A stretch of DNA of 48,777 bases, taken from positions 1-48,777 of the forward strand of contig JAJRBS010000171.1 of the NCBI GenBank assembly GCA_028679325.1, read 5' to 3'. Position numbers and translations under genes: made by a program. The number at the start of each line of letters is the position of its first letter. Positions within the stretch are counted from its first letter, which is position 1. Origin of the DNA: Methanoregulaceae archaeon (GTDB lineage: Archaea > Halobacteriota > Methanomicrobia > Methanomicrobiales > Methanospirillaceae). This document shows positions 26,639 to 37,526 of this stretch, one piece after another. The notes beneath the pieces were generated by a model, which saw only the letters and a list, made by a program, of their open reading frames with translations, was not told where the DNA came from and did no database searches.

Positions 26639-27184
26639 ATGGCTGATTTTTACCCTTACCTGGTTGCAAGCTTCCCTATGCTTCACTTCGGCATGAAACC
26701 GCCATTTTCGTTTGAACGATTTTTAGGGGAATGCCAGCCTTTTATGCCGGAGAAGGACTTCAAGATCCTGAGCACCCTGCCGCTGCCGGAGGAGTACCAG
26801 GAAAGAGAAGAAGAACACCCGCTCGTCCGGCACTGGATCGAATTTGATACGGCCCTGAGAAACGAGCTGGTCCGGACTCGCGCCGCCAGAATCCGGCGGG
26901 ACCCTGCTGCATATAGCCTTGCCGGAATTTACGGCGATTCCTCCCTCGGCCCGGCAGTCATGGCTGCAGGCACAAACAGCTCTCTCTCCGGTGCAGAAAA
27001 GGCCCTCGATGAACTCCGCTGGAAAAAACTCGATGATCTGGCCACGGGCCATTATTTCGACCTGGACTTTCTGATAACTTTTGGTTATAAGCTCATGATC
27101 CTCGAGCGCTGGGAGCGGATCCGGACAGCGGATGGGCGGATCCTGCTTGAACAGGTTCTGGCAGGGGGAACTGCGATACAATGA
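26639..27184 (+). CDS. DUF2764 family protein (C-subunit-like, V-ATPase associated)
   Basis: YPYLVASFPML, FDTALRNEL..R, ALDELRW, HYFDL...KLMILERW; sits between E and A. Confidence 0.85.
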   Translation: MADFYPYLVASFPMLHFGMKPPFSFERFLGECQPFMPEKDFKILSTLPLPEEYQEREEEHPLVRHWIEFDTALRNELVRTRAARIRRDPAAYSLAGIYGDSSLGPAVMAAGTNSSLSGAEKALDELRWKKLDDLATGHYFDLDFLITFGYKLMILERWERIRTADGRILLEQVLAGGTAIQ

Positions 27185-28917
27185 CAGAACAACGAAAAGG
27201 ACGTGTCACGAAGATCAGCGGGAACATGGTTACAGTCGGTTTCGATTCCCCGGTCATGCAGAATGAAGTCGCTTATATCCTGCATGCAGGGGAGCGTCTC
27301 AAGGCAGAGATCATCCGGGTGCGCGGCAACCTTGCAGAGATGCAGGTCTACGAAGCGACAGGAGGGTTGAGAATCGGCGAAGAAGTTGAGTTTACCGGGG
27401 AGCTCCTTTCCGTTGAGCTTGGCCCGGGAATGCTTGGACAGATCTTTGACGGCCTCCAGAATCCTCTGCCGGAAATCGCCGAGCAATGCGGTTTTTTTCT
27501 CAAGCGCGGTGTCTATCTCAATCCACTCTCCGAGAAGGAGCGCTGGGACTTTACCCCTGTCGTTACCCCCGGGAAGAGTGTTTGTGCAGGGGATAAACTC
27601 GGGTATGTCAGCGAGAAGATATTCAGGCACTACTGCATGGTCCCCTTCTCCTTCCAGGGACATTTTGAGGTTCAATCGATTGAAGGTAGCGGCAGTTTTT
27701 CGGTCCGTGATGTTGTTGCACGGCTGAAGGATCCGGAGGGGAAGGGCCATCCCGTGTACCTGAGCCAGCAGTGGCCGGTTAAAATCCCCATCCAGGCCTA
27801 TGCCGAGCGGCTGAAACCCGGAGAACCGCTGGTCACACGGATGCGCCTTATCGATTCCCTCTTCCCTGTGGCACGGGGCGGGACATACTGCATTCCGGGT
27901 CCTTTCGGGGCGGGAAAAACAGTCCTGCAGCAACTGACCAGCAGGCATGCCGAAGTGGATATCGTGATCATTGCGGCGTGCGGTGAACGTGCCGGCGAAA
28001 TAGTCGAGACCATCAAGACTTTTCCGGCGATACAGGATCCCCGGACCGGACGCCCGTTAAGCGATCGCACGGTCATCATCTGTAATACCAGTTCCATGCC
28101 TGTCGCTGCCCGGGAATCGAGCGTGTACACGGCAGTTACCATTGCCGAATACTACCGCCAGATGGGCCTCAATGTCCTCCTGCTCGCCGACTCCACCTCG
28201 CGCTGGGCACAGGCCATGCGGGAGATGTCCGGGAGGCTCGAAGAGATTCCGGGGGAAGAGGCATTCCCGGCCTACCTCGAGTCACGGATTGCCTCCTTCT
28301 ACGAGAGGGCAGGGGCGGTTCGACTGTATGACGGCTCGACAGGCTCGGTGACTATCGGGGGTGCCGTAAGCCCTGCCGGCGGGAACTTCGAAGAGCCGGT
28401 GACCCAGGCGACGCTGAAGGTGGTGGGTGCCTTCCATGGCCTTTCGCGCAGCCGGTCGGATGCCCGGCGTTACCCGGCGATCGACCCGCTGATCAGCTGG
28501 AGCAAGTACGATAGTTTCATCGATGGAAAAAAGGTGGAGCGTGGGCACGCACTCCTCCGCAGGGGCTTCGATATTGCGCAGATGATGAAAGTTGTCGGAG
28601 AGGAGGGCACCTCGCTTCCCGACTATGTCGATTATCTCAAGGCAGAATTTTTTGATTTCGTGTACCTCCAGCAGAACGCCTTTGACCCGGTTGACGAGGC
28701 CACCCCGAAAGAACGGCAGATCTATGTCTATGATTTTATCTATGGTATCATGGAATCCGAATTCACCTTCGAGGACAAGGATACCTCCCTGCATTTCTTC
28801 CAGAAGATGCGCCAGCTCTTCAGGGGATGGAACTCCACCCCCTGGGAGAGTCCGGAGTTTTTGGAAAGCGAGAAGGAGATCAGGGAATTTCTGGCCGGGC
28901 GCCTGGTGAAAGGGTAA
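27181..28917 (+). CDS. atpA: V-type ATPase subunit A (operon 2)
   Basis: [25 protein letters not shown]. Confidence 0.97.
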   Translation: MTEQRKGRVTKISGNMVTVGFDSPVMQNEVAYILHAGERLKAEIIRVRGNLAEMQVYEATGGLRIGEEVEFTGELLSVELGPGMLGQIFDGLQNPLPEIAEQCGFFLKRGVYLNPLSEKERWDFTPVVTPGKSVCAGDKLGYVSEKIFRHYCMVPFSFQGHFEVQSIEGSGSFSVRDVVARLKDPEGKGHPVYLSQQWPVKIPIQAYAERLKPGEPLVTRMRLIDSLFPVARGGTYCIPGPFGAGKTVLQQLTSRHAEVDIVIIAACGERAGEIVETIKTFPAIQDPRTGRPLSDRTVIICNTSSMPVAARESSVYTAVTIAEYYRQMGLNVLLLADSTSRWAQAMREMSGRLEEIPGEEAFPAYLESRIASFYERAGAVRLYDGSTGSVTIGGAVSPAGGNFEEPVTQATLKVVGAFHGLSRSRSDARRYPAIDPLISWSKYDSFIDGKKVERGHALLRRGFDIAQMMKVVGEEGTSLPDYVDYLKAEFFDFVYLQQNAFDPVDEATPKERQIYVYDFIYGIMESEFTFEDKDTSLHFFQKMRQLFRGWNSTPWESPEFLESEKEIREFLAGRLVKG

Positions 28918-28918
28918 C

Positions 28919-30217
28919 ATGCAGAGATACTACATGAACATCAGCCAGATTATCGGGGACGTCATCACCGTGGAGGCCGATAATGTTGGCAACAATGAAC
29001 TCGCACAGGTGGTCACCGGACGGGGAACGTCCCTGGCGCAGGTCATCCGCCTGGACGGAAAGAAGGTATATTTACAGGTATTTGCCGGAAGCCGTGGCAT
29101 TTCTACCGGCGACAGGGTGCGGTTCCTCGGCCACCCTATGCAGATAGCGACCGGGGAGAAGCTCCTCGGCCGCATCTTTAATGGAAGCGGCAAGCCCCTG
29201 GACAACGGGCCGGAGTTTTCGGAAAATCTGGTTGATATCGGGGGACCTCCGGTAAACCCGGTCAGGCGCGTCATCCCGGATAAGATGATCCGGACCGGCA
29301 TTCCCCTGATCGATGTATTCAATTCCCTGGTCGAATCCCAGAAGCTCCCTATCTTTTCCATAGCCGGCGAGCCCTACAATGAACTGCTGGCAAGGATCGC
29401 CACTCAGGCCGAGGTCGATATCATCATTCTCGGCGGCATGGGTCTGAAGTACGATGACTACCTTTTCTTCAGGGACACCCTCGAGGAGCACGGCGCTTTA
29501 TCCCGTTCGATCGTTTTCATGCACACCGCTGCCGACCCTGTCGTGGAATGCCTGCTTGTCCCGGATATCAGCCTGGCGGTCGCCGAAAATTTTGCGCTTG
29601 AGGGAAAAAGAGTGCTCGTCCTGCTGACGGACATGAGCAATTTCTGCGACGCGCAAAAGGAGATTGCCATCACCATGCAGCAGATCCCTTCAAACAGGGG
29701 CTACCCCGGGGACCTTTACAGCATGCTGGCGGCCCGCTATGAAAAGGCCGTCGATTTCGAATCGGCGGGCTCGATCACCATCCTCGCGGTAACGACCATG
29801 CCGGGAGACGACGTGACCCACCCGATTCCCGACAACACCGGGTATATCACCGAGGGGCAGTTCTACCTCAAGAACGGAGTCATCGAACCGTTCGGTTCCC
29901 TGAGCCGCTTAAAGCAACTGGTCAACGGAAAAACCCGCGGTGATCACCGGATCATCATGGACACCATGATACAGCTCTTCGCCGACTACCGGGAGACACA
30001 GGAGAAACAGGCCATGGGATTTCAGATGAGTGCATGGGACGGAAAACTTCTCCGCTACGGGAGGCTTTTTGAAGAACGGATGATGTCCCTTTCCGTGAAC
30101 ATTCCCCTGGAAAAAGCACTGGATCGGGGCTGGGAGATCCTGAAGGAGTGTTTCTCTCCCGAAGAGACAGGGATCAGCAGATCCATGATCGATGAATACT
30201 GGCAAAAGCAGCTATGA
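28919..30217 (+). CDS. atpB: V-type ATPase subunit B (operon 2)
   Basis: [31 protein letters not shown]. Confidence 0.96.
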   Translation: MQRYYMNISQIIGDVITVEADNVGNNELAQVVTGRGTSLAQVIRLDGKKVYLQVFAGSRGISTGDRVRFLGHPMQIATGEKLLGRIFNGSGKPLDNGPEFSENLVDIGGPPVNPVRRVIPDKMIRTGIPLIDVFNSLVESQKLPIFSIAGEPYNELLARIATQAEVDIIILGGMGLKYDDYLFFRDTLEEHGALSRSIVFMHTAADPVVECLLVPDISLAVAENFALEGKRVLVLLTDMSNFCDAQKEIAITMQQIPSNRGYPGDLYSMLAARYEKAVDFESAGSITILAVTTMPGDDVTHPIPDNTGYITEGQFYLKNGVIEPFGSLSRLKQLVNGKTRGDHRIIMDTMIQLFADYRETQEKQAMGFQMSAWDGKLLRYGRLFEERMMSLSVNIPLEKALDRGWEILKECFSPEETGISRSMIDEYWQKQL

Positions 30218-30822
30218 AAATACGACTGACTCAGGGTGAACTCAAGAGACAGAGGGATTCCCTCCGGCAGTACGAGAGGTACCTGCCCACCCTCCAGCTG
30301 AAGAAGCAGCAGTTGCAACTCGAGATCCTCCACCAGCAGCGGTCCCGGACCGAGAGGGAGAATTCTCTTGCAGCGTGGGAGGAAACGGCAAAGGAATGGC
30401 TGGGCCTTCTCATCGAAGCTCCGGAGATCGGGCAATGGATTGTTCCTGAGAGTATCATCGCTACCAGGAAGAACATCGCCGGTGTCGACGTGCCGGTCTT
30501 TATCCGTGTGGATTTTGTACCGGCAGAGTATGACCTGTTCACAACCCCTCTCTGGGTGGATACAGCTCTTGAGAGGCTGAAAGAGCGGGTGTCGCTGGGG
30601 GAAGAGCTGAGTATCCTCGAACAGGGAATAAACATTCTCAGGCATGAGCTTCGCATAACGACCCAGCGCGTCAACCTGTTTGAGAAGATCAAGATCCCCG
30701 AGGCAAAGGAAGCAATACGGGTCATAAAGATAGCCATGGGTGACAGGATGACCAGTGCTGTCGGCCGGAGCAAGATCGCAAAAAACAAGGTCGAAGAAGA
30801 TCATCGGGAGGTGGCTGTGTAA
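30214..30822 (+). CDS. atpD: V-type ATPase subunit D (operon 2)
   Basis: [26 protein letters not shown]. Confidence 0.95.
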   Translation: MKIRLTQGELKRQRDSLRQYERYLPTLQLKKQQLQLEILHQQRSRTERENSLAAWEETAKEWLGLLIEAPEIGQWIVPESIIATRKNIAGVDVPVFIRVDFVPAEYDLFTTPLWVDTALERLKERVSLGEELSILEQGINILRHELRITTQRVNLFEKIKIPEAKEAIRVIKIAMGDRMTSAVGRSKIAKNKVEEDHREVAV

Positions 30823-32586
30823 ATGATCGTCCCCATGAAGAAAGCCACCATCCTGTGCGAGACAAAGGATGCGGAAGCTACCGTACGACATCTGCGTAGC
30901 ATGGGGGTCATCCACGTCCAACACGAGAACCCGCCCGAGGGCAAGGATATCTCTGACCTCCGGGCCAGTTCCGCTCTCATCGACTCGACTGTAGAGGTTC
31001 TGAACCAGGTGGATGCATCAAAGAGAGATCTTCAGCCGCAGGTGAAGATCAGTGGCGACTGGACGGCAGTTGCTGCCAGAATCATCGAGCTCGGCAGACG
31101 CAGGGAACAACTGGAGTCCTTGTCCGAAGACCTGACCGGTCAGATCAAGGAGTGGGAGCGCTGGGGTGATGTCGATCTTGGCCAGGTTCAGCACCTGGGG
31201 GAGAACGGGGTTTACCTGAAGCTGTGTCAGGTCCCGGTCAAGGAAACCGGGAAATTTCCCGATGACATGGTCGTAAAAAAACTTTTCACCGAGGGTAACA
31301 CCGATTCCTGCGTAGTGATATCGCTCCGGCAGTTTGAATGCCCTTTCACCGAGATACTTCCGCCGAAACAGACTGTCTCTTCGCTCAAGGAACAGCTCGC
31401 CAGCACTGCTGAGATGATCGAGGCCGCAGACCGCGAGATCGTAACATCTGCCCGGTTTCGTGATGACCTTCTGCGAATGAAGGGAGAACTTGAGAAAGAG
31501 ATCGAATTTCAGCAGGTCATGCACGGCATGGGGAAGCAGGGCCCTGTCGTTTACGTCACGGGATACTTCCCTTCCGATGGCGAAGAGCATCTGGTTTCCG
31601 AGGCCAGAAAACAGAAATGGGGGATCATGGTGACCGAACCCCCGCCCGAGGAAAATGTGCCGACGCTGCTCCGGAATCCCTCATGGGTCAACCTCATCAA
31701 GCCCGTGCTCGGGCTTCTCGGGCTCACTCCCGGCTACCATGAACTTGACATCAGCCTGCCGTTTCTGATCTTCTTCTGCATCTTTTTTGGCATCCTCATC
31801 GGTGATGCCGGTTATGGACTGGTCTATATCCTTCTCACGCTTCTGATAACGATCTGGTTGTACAGAACCATGAAACTGAATGCGGAGATGAAAACGATGG
31901 TTTCGCTTTTTTATCTCCTCGGTTCTTGTGCAGTTATATGGGGCCTCCTGACCGGGACGTTCTTCGGCCAGGGATTGCTGCAGCCCCTTGTCCCGCAGCT
32001 GACCGATCCCAGAACGGTGGAGACATTCTGCTTCTTTCTGGGAGCGCTACATTTGTCCATAGCCCATACCTGGCGGGCTGTCCTGAAGTATCCGTCCCTG
32101 ACAGCCCTTGCTGACGTCGGTTATATCTGCATTCTCTGGACCGCGTTCTTCCTGGCCCAGACCCTTGTCCTCGGAGAACCGTTTCCAGCATTTGGGATAT
32201 GGCTGGTTGTGACAGGGATCATGCTCGTGATATTATTTACCAACCCGCAGCGACGGGTGCTCAGGGGCATCGGTGAAGGTGTGGGGACGATGGCATTGAG
32301 TTTCATGAACAATATTACCGACGTGATCTCGTATGTTCGCCTCTTTGCCGTCGGTCTTGCAGGCCTTGCCATCGCAGAGACGACAAATACACTGGCATCC
32401 GGGATTGGTACGGGCATCATCGCGCTGGCGGCAGGTTTCGTAATTCTTATCATCGGCCATGGCTTAAACATCATTTTAGGAATAATATCCGTACTCGTGC
32501 ATGGCGTCAGGCTGAACGTCCTGGAATTTTCAGGGCATGCGAACGTCACCTGGAGTGGGTCTGCATTCGAACCGTTCAAAGAATAG
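30823..32586 (+). CDS. atpI: V-type ATPase subunit I (operon 2)
   Basis: VPTLLRN, PGYHELD, GDAGYG, SYVRLFAVG, VHGVRLNVLEF. Confidence 0.95.
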   Translation: MIVPMKKATILCETKDAEATVRHLRSMGVIHVQHENPPEGKDISDLRASSALIDSTVEVLNQVDASKRDLQPQVKISGDWTAVAARIIELGRRREQLESLSEDLTGQIKEWERWGDVDLGQVQHLGENGVYLKLCQVPVKETGKFPDDMVVKKLFTEGNTDSCVVISLRQFECPFTEILPPKQTVSSLKEQLASTAEMIEAADREIVTSARFRDDLLRMKGELEKEIEFQQVMHGMGKQGPVVYVTGYFPSDGEEHLVSEARKQKWGIMVTEPPPEENVPTLLRNPSWVNLIKPVLGLLGLTPGYHELDISLPFLIFFCIFFGILIGDAGYGLVYILLTLLITIWLYRTMKLNAEMKTMVSLFYLLGSCAVIWGLLTGTFFGQGLLQPLVPQLTDPRTVETFCFFLGALHLSIAHTWRAVLKYPSLTALADVGYICILWTAFFLAQTLVLGEPFPAFGIWLVVTGIMLVILFTNPQRRVLRGIGEGVGTMALSFMNNITDVISYVRLFAVGLAGLAIAETTNTLASGIGTGIIALAAGFVILIIGHGLNIILGIISVLVHGVRLNVLEFSGHANVTWSGSAFEPFKE

Positions 32587-32624
32587 ACAGGAAAATTTCG
32601 TCGAGGAGATAAAAGGAGAATAGC

Positions 32625-33074
32625 ATGGATCCCGTCATGATGCAGTTTCAGGATCTGGGAATGGGTCTGGTGCTTGGCCTGTCGGCCGCCGGATCGGCTG
32701 CTGGAGCAGGAGTTGCCGGGATGGCAGCGATTGGGGCATGGAAGAAGAAGTTCAGCCAGAATAAACCGGCATCGTTCATGCTCCTTGCTTTTGTCGGTGC
32801 ACCTCTCACCCAAACGATCTATGGCATGATCGTCATGAACAGGATGTATGAGATTACCGTTCAGGGACCGGCTCTCTGGGGTATTGGTGCTTTTTGCGGC
32901 TTTGCCATCGGGCTCTCCGCATACTTCCAGGGTAAATGTGCTGCCTGTGCCTGCGATGCGATGGAAGAGACGGGGAAGGGATTTGGAAACTACATGATCA
33001 TCCTGGGTATGACCGAGACCGTTGCCCTGCTGGTGATGGCTTTTACCCTGGGAATCCTTGGCAGGTTCGGGTAG
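32625..33074 (+). CDS. atpK: V-type ATPase subunit K, duplicated four-helix proteolipid with Na+-binding signature
   Basis: APLTQTIYG, AYFQGK, GMTETVAL; 149 aa. Confidence 0.94.
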   Translation: MDPVMMQFQDLGMGLVLGLSAAGSAAGAGVAGMAAIGAWKKKFSQNKPASFMLLAFVGAPLTQTIYGMIVMNRMYEITVQGPALWGIGAFCGFAIGLSAYFQGKCAACACDAMEETGKGFGNYMIILGMTETVALLVMAFTLGILGRFG

Positions 33075-33153
33075 GGACAGATCCGCCTGGCCGGGGCAGG
33101 CTCTATCGGTTCCACCCCCGGTTTTGTCTGAAAATCTGAAGGGATCCCCTTAT

Positions 33154-34020
33154 TCATTCAGGTTTACGAATGATAATAACCGGGCGCATGGCGGTTGTCG
33201 CCACCATCTGTGCCGTGCTTCCGACCAGAAGTTCACGGAACCAGCCTTTGCCATGGGAACTCATCCAGATAACCGATACGTCCTCCTGATCGGCAATCCT
33301 CGCGATCTCGGAAGCCGGGTTCCCCGTGGAGACGAGGGTCCTCGCTTTAAAGCCCTTTGCTGAAAGGTTGTCCCGTATCTCTTCGATCCGGGCTCTGGCC
33401 TTTTCGACAGACTCGCGGATCTCATCATCAGACTCACCCCGGGAGACGACATGCATGAGGATGATATCGCCCATTCCCTTCGTCCTGACCAGGAGATCCA
33501 CTGCGCTGTCCGAGTAAGCGGAAAAGTCGACAGGGCAGAGAACCCGGTAAAGGATCATGGGGCAGAACTTCTCAAGGGTCCTTTCTCCCAACTCCTCGAT
33601 TATTTTGTGCCGCATGAAAAGGACGCTTGTTTTACTGCGGTGAAGAACTGCCGTGGATACACTGCCAAGAAGTACTCCCCCGACCAGGCTTTTTCCCCGT
33701 GCGCCGAGAACGATCAGGGAAACGCCACTCTCCTCCGCTGTTCTGATGATTGCCCCGGCTGTGTCCGAAGAGGTCGTAACGGCAGTCGTTACCCTGAAAT
33801 CCTGGCTGAGGCTTTCCAGGTACCTCCTCTCTTCCTTGAGCAGACCCTCCCCGTTTCCGAAGAATGCTTCTCCAATCTCCCCTCCGCCCCGGGGGGATCT
33901 CGCTGCTTCGATGACATGGAAGATGATGACCTCGCGGACGCCGGGGAAACCGGCAACGCAGTCGAGCGTCTTCCTGGCGTATTCTGAGAAATCGGTGGGG
34001 AACAGAATCTTCTCAAACAT
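33154..34020 (-). CDS. Universal stress protein, tandem USP domains
   Basis: MFEKILFPTDFS...GARGKS..LLGSVS and VLCPVDFS...SSHGKG..LVGSTA...PVIII. Confidence 0.93.
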   Translation of the reverse strand: MFEKILFPTDFSEYARKTLDCVAGFPGVREVIIFHVIEAARSPRGGGEIGEAFFGNGEGLLKEERRYLESLSQDFRVTTAVTTSSDTAGAIIRTAEESGVSLIVLGARGKSLVGGVLLGSVSTAVLHRSKTSVLFMRHKIIEELGERTLEKFCPMILYRVLCPVDFSAYSDSAVDLLVRTKGMGDIILMHVVSRGESDDEIRESVEKARARIEEIRDNLSAKGFKARTLVSTGNPASEIARIADQEDVSVIWMSSHGKGWFRELLVGSTAQMVATTAMRPVIIIRKPE

Positions 34021-34151
34021 GTGTAACTCCCTGGGAAATATCCCGGACCCGGCCGCATCAGGCGGTATCGGGGCAGCAGACAATAGATATTATCTGCGAT
34101 ATTTAATGATATCCTGTTTTCCTGTCGCCTGTGAAACTTTTATTTCGTTCC

Positions 34152-34168
34152 GTGCTAACATGTAGCAT
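34152..34168. promoter_or_regulatory. Palindromic operator TGCTA-N5-TAGCA upstream of livG
   Basis: GTGCTA-ACATG-TAGCAT; same motif occurs upstream of livK. Confidence 0.6.
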
Positions 34169-34180
34169 AATTTATGGGAG

Positions 34181-34918
34181 TTGTCCCTGGTGCTCGAACT
34201 GAATAATGTGACCAAGAAATTCGGTGGCCTTGTCGCGGTCAACGGCGTCAGCCTGAAGGTCAGGGAACAGGAGATCCTCGGGCTGGTCGGACCGAACGGG
34301 GCTGGAAAAACAACCCTTTTCAACCTCATATCGGGGATCTATCGCCCTGACAAAGGATCGATCGAGTACCAGGGCCAGGATATATCGAAGCTCCCGATGG
34401 ACAAGATCTGCAGGCTGGGTATCGCCAAGACCTTCCAGCACACCCACTCCTTCCCCGGGATGACCGCCCGGGAGAGCGTCATGCTCGGGTCCCTGTTTGG
34501 TAACGGCCACCACACCACGATGGCAGAGGCGGCCTCGGAGGCATCCGGAATCCTGGCGCGGGTAGGATTTCCGAGTGAGAAGACCGATAAGCCCCTCTCC
34601 AGCCTGAACGTGATTGAACTCCGGAGGACCCAGCTGGCCCGGGCTCTTGCCTCCCGGCCAAAGGTCCTCCTTCTTGACGAACTGATGACCGGGCTCAACC
34701 CGAGCGAGGGGGCAGAGGCCATGGACCTGATCCGCGGCCTTCGCGACGACGGGATAACCATTGTCATCATCGAGCATGTCATGCGGGTCATCCTCGGGGT
34801 CTCGGATCGTGTGGTGGTCCTCGACAGGGGCGAGAAGATAGCAGACGGGAAGCCTGAAGACGTGGTGAGGGACCAGAAGGTCATCGACTCCTACCTTGGC
34901 GAAAGGTACGCATGCTGA
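34181..34918 (+). CDS. livG: Branched-chain amino acid (HAAT) ABC transporter ATP-binding protein
   Basis: FGGLVAV, GPNGAGKTT, LLLDE, IEHVM, SYLG. Confidence 0.93.
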   Translation: MSLVLELNNVTKKFGGLVAVNGVSLKVREQEILGLVGPNGAGKTTLFNLISGIYRPDKGSIEYQGQDISKLPMDKICRLGIAKTFQHTHSFPGMTARESVMLGSLFGNGHHTTMAEAASEASGILARVGFPSEKTDKPLSSLNVIELRRTQLARALASRPKVLLLDELMTGLNPSEGAEAMDLIRGLRDDGITIVIIEHVMRVILGVSDRVVVLDRGEKIADGKPEDVVRDQKVIDSYLGERYAC

Positions 34919-35628
34919 CCGACAAGCCCCCCCTCCTTGATGTCAGCCGGCTGAACGTCTTTTATGCGAACCTCCAGGTGCTCTGGGACGTCTCTTTCTT
35001 TGTGAATGAGGGCGAGATAGTCACCCTGCTCGGAGCGAACGGGGCCGGGAAGACCACGCTTGTCCAAAGCATCTTCGGCCTTCTCCGGGAACGCCGGGGC
35101 ACGGTCCGGTTCCGCGGAGAGGAGATATCGCAGCTTCCTGCCTACGATGTGGTCAAGAAGGGACTCGCCCTCGTGCCTGAAAAAAGGGAACTCTTCCCGA
35201 AGATGACCGTACGGGAGAACCTGGAACTCGGCAGTTTTGCGAAGGTAGGGGGTGAGGCTGACTTCGAACGCGTCCTCTCCCTCTTCCCGGTCCTCGAAGA
35301 GCGGAAGGGCCAGCAGGCCGGCACCCTCTCCGGAGGTGAGCAGCAGATGCTGGCCATAGCCCGGGCTCTTATGGCGAATCCCTCCCTGATCGTGCTCGAT
35401 GAGCCCTCCCTCGGGCTTTCCCCGCTCTTTGTCACTACAGTACTCGACACCATGAAGAAGCTTAACAAGGATGGCCTCTCCATCCTCCTTGTCGAGCAGA
35501 ACGTCCAGCATGCCCTGGAGATCTCTGACCGGGGCTATATCCTCGAGAACGGCCGTGTCATACGGGAGGCCCCGGCAGCTGAACTGCTGTGCGACGACCA
35601 GGTCCGGGCCGCCTATCTCGGGCTATAA
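34912..35628 (+). CDS. livF: HAAT ABC transporter ATP-binding protein
   Basis: GANGAGKTT, LSGGEQQM, DEPSLGL, VEQN, AYLG. Confidence 0.94.
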   Translation: MLTDKPPLLDVSRLNVFYANLQVLWDVSFFVNEGEIVTLLGANGAGKTTLVQSIFGLLRERRGTVRFRGEEISQLPAYDVVKKGLALVPEKRELFPKMTVRENLELGSFAKVGGEADFERVLSLFPVLEERKGQQAGTLSGGEQQMLAIARALMANPSLIVLDEPSLGLSPLFVTTVLDTMKKLNKDGLSILLVEQNVQHALEISDRGYILENGRVIREAPAAELLCDDQVRAAYLGL

Positions 35629-35637
35629 AAAAAGTTT

Positions 35638-36609
35638 TTATTTCTTCCTCTTATCCCTGTATTCCCTGATCCTATCCGGAAGAGAGATCAGTCCCTTCGG
35701 CAGGAAGATGATGATCAGGATGAGCAGAAGCCCGATGATGATGAACCTGCCATAGGTCAGGCCGAAGGTCTGGAGCCCGTCCCATACGATGGTGATGGCA
35801 ATGGTCCCGACAACCGGGCCGGAGAGGGTCATCAGACCTCCCGATATCGAGTAGATGATCGGCCAGAACGAGATATCGACCCCGAAAATCTCGGGGGTAA
35901 TATACCCGAGGTGATGCACCTCAAGCGCACCGGCCACGCCCGAGAAATAAGCGCTCACCAGGAAGGCGAAGAGGCGGTACTTCACGGGGTTAATGCCTGC
36001 AGCTCTGGCCTCGAGCTCGTTCTCCCTGATGGCCGCGAAAGCAAGCCCGGTCTTTGAGCGGAGGATGAGCCAGAATATGACGATTACCATGACCCCGATA
36101 ACCAGGATGGCATAGTATTCGATCAGGAGGTTAGTCCCTCCTCCTCCCGGCATAAGGCGGGCAGCGGCGATCCCGTCCCACCCGCCGGTGATGCCCGAGA
36201 ACTGACGGCTTACGACCAGGGTCTGGATGATGATGGCAAAGCCGAAGGTGACCATGGCAAGGAACCACTCCTTCAGCCGGACACAGATGGCTCCTATGAA
36301 GAGGCCGGCAAGGGCTGCGGCACCGGCCCCGATGAACACCGCCGCAAATGGCGGCAGGCTCAGCCAGCTGGCGATAAGGGCCGAGCCATATCCCCCGAGG
36401 CCGAAGAAGGCGGCGTGACCGAGCGATCCCTGGCCGGTATAGGTGAGGAAGTTCCATGCCGAGGAGTAGATGATGAAGATCAGCATGAGGATGAGGACCG
36501 TCAACAGATAGGGGTTCAGCCCGACGATCAACGGGACAAGGCCGGCAACAATAAGCATCAACACGAGACCATAGTCCCGCACCTTTGGGGACATCAGGAA
36601 CTCCTTCAT
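35638..36609 (-). CDS. livM: HAAT ABC transporter permease
   Basis: GQGSLGHAAFFGLGGY, AIRENELEA; start MKEFL overlaps the livH stop (ATGA). Confidence 0.92.
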   Translation of the reverse strand: MKEFLMSPKVRDYGLVLMLIVAGLVPLIVGLNPYLLTVLILMLIFIIYSSAWNFLTYTGQGSLGHAAFFGLGGYGSALIASWLSLPPFAAVFIGAGAAALAGLFIGAICVRLKEWFLAMVTFGFAIIIQTLVVSRQFSGITGGWDGIAAARLMPGGGGTNLLIEYYAILVIGVMVIVIFWLILRSKTGLAFAAIRENELEARAAGINPVKYRLFAFLVSAYFSGVAGALEVHHLGYITPEIFGVDISFWPIIYSISGGLMTLSGPVVGTIAITIVWDGLQTFGLTYGRFIIIGLLLILIIIFLPKGLISLPDRIREYRDKRKK

Positions 36610-37487
36610 TCTGCCGACTCCCCGAACAGCCCGGTAGGCTTGAAGATGAGCACAACGATCAGGATCAGGAAAGATATGGCGTCCTTCCATGCCCCGCCGA
36701 TAGTGAAGATGGCGAAGTTCTCTGCCAGCCCGAGGATGATCCCTCCGACGATCGCTCCCGGGATGCTCCCGAGGCCGCCGATGATGATGATGGCGAAGGC
36801 CTTGACCGCCGGGATCGAGCCCATATAGGGGGTGAAGACCTGTCCGCTCACCACCCAGAGGGTCCCCGCTGCCCCGGCCAGGCCGGCACCGATCCCGAAA
36901 CTGATCATGTCCATCTTCTCGACGTTAATCCCCATGAGCATGGCCCCTTTCCGGTTCTGGCTCGTGGCCCGCATGGCTTTTCCAAGGCGCGTCTTCCGGA
37001 GAAAGAGGTACAGGCCGATAAGGATGAGGATAGTGGTGATGATAATGATCAGGTAGTCCAGCGGGAGGTTGACACCGAAGACAGAGATGGTGATGGACTC
37101 GAAGGGGCTGTGGATGATCCGGTACTCGTCTGTCCATATCACTGCGGCAGCGTTCTGGATGAGGTAGATCAGGCCGATCGAGATGAATATCTCGTTCAAT
37201 TTACCTGTCCCGAGGATTGGCCTGAAACAGAGCCTCTCGATGGTCACGCCGATGAGAATAAGGATCGGTACGGAGGCGACGAGGAGGACATAGGGGTTGA
37301 ACCCCGATATGGCATAGAAGGTGAAGGTGACGTAGGCCCCGAGCATCAGGAACTCGCCGTGGGCGAAGTTCACCACCTTCATGACTCCGAAGATGAGGTT
37401 TAAGCCGATAGCCAGGAGGATGTAAATGCACCCGGCGTAGAGACCCCAGATTCCCACCTGGAGTACGATGTCGAGTCCTCCCGTCAT
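36606..37487 (-). CDS. livH: HAAT ABC transporter permease
   Basis: GLNLIFGVMKVVNFAHGE, GKAMRATSQN, GGLGSIPGA, PTGLFG. Confidence 0.94.
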   Translation of the reverse strand: MTGGLDIVLQVGIWGLYAGCIYILLAIGLNLIFGVMKVVNFAHGEFLMLGAYVTFTFYAISGFNPYVLLVASVPILILIGVTIERLCFRPILGTGKLNEIFISIGLIYLIQNAAAVIWTDEYRIIHSPFESITISVFGVNLPLDYLIIIITTILILIGLYLFLRKTRLGKAMRATSQNRKGAMLMGINVEKMDMISFGIGAGLAGAAGTLWVVSGQVFTPYMGSIPAVKAFAIIIIGGLGSIPGAIVGGIILGLAENFAIFTIGGAWKDAISFLILIVVLIFKPTGLFGESAE

Positions 37488-37526
37488 GCTTAAGAATCTA
37501 CCTCAACCGATAAAAGAATGGATGTT

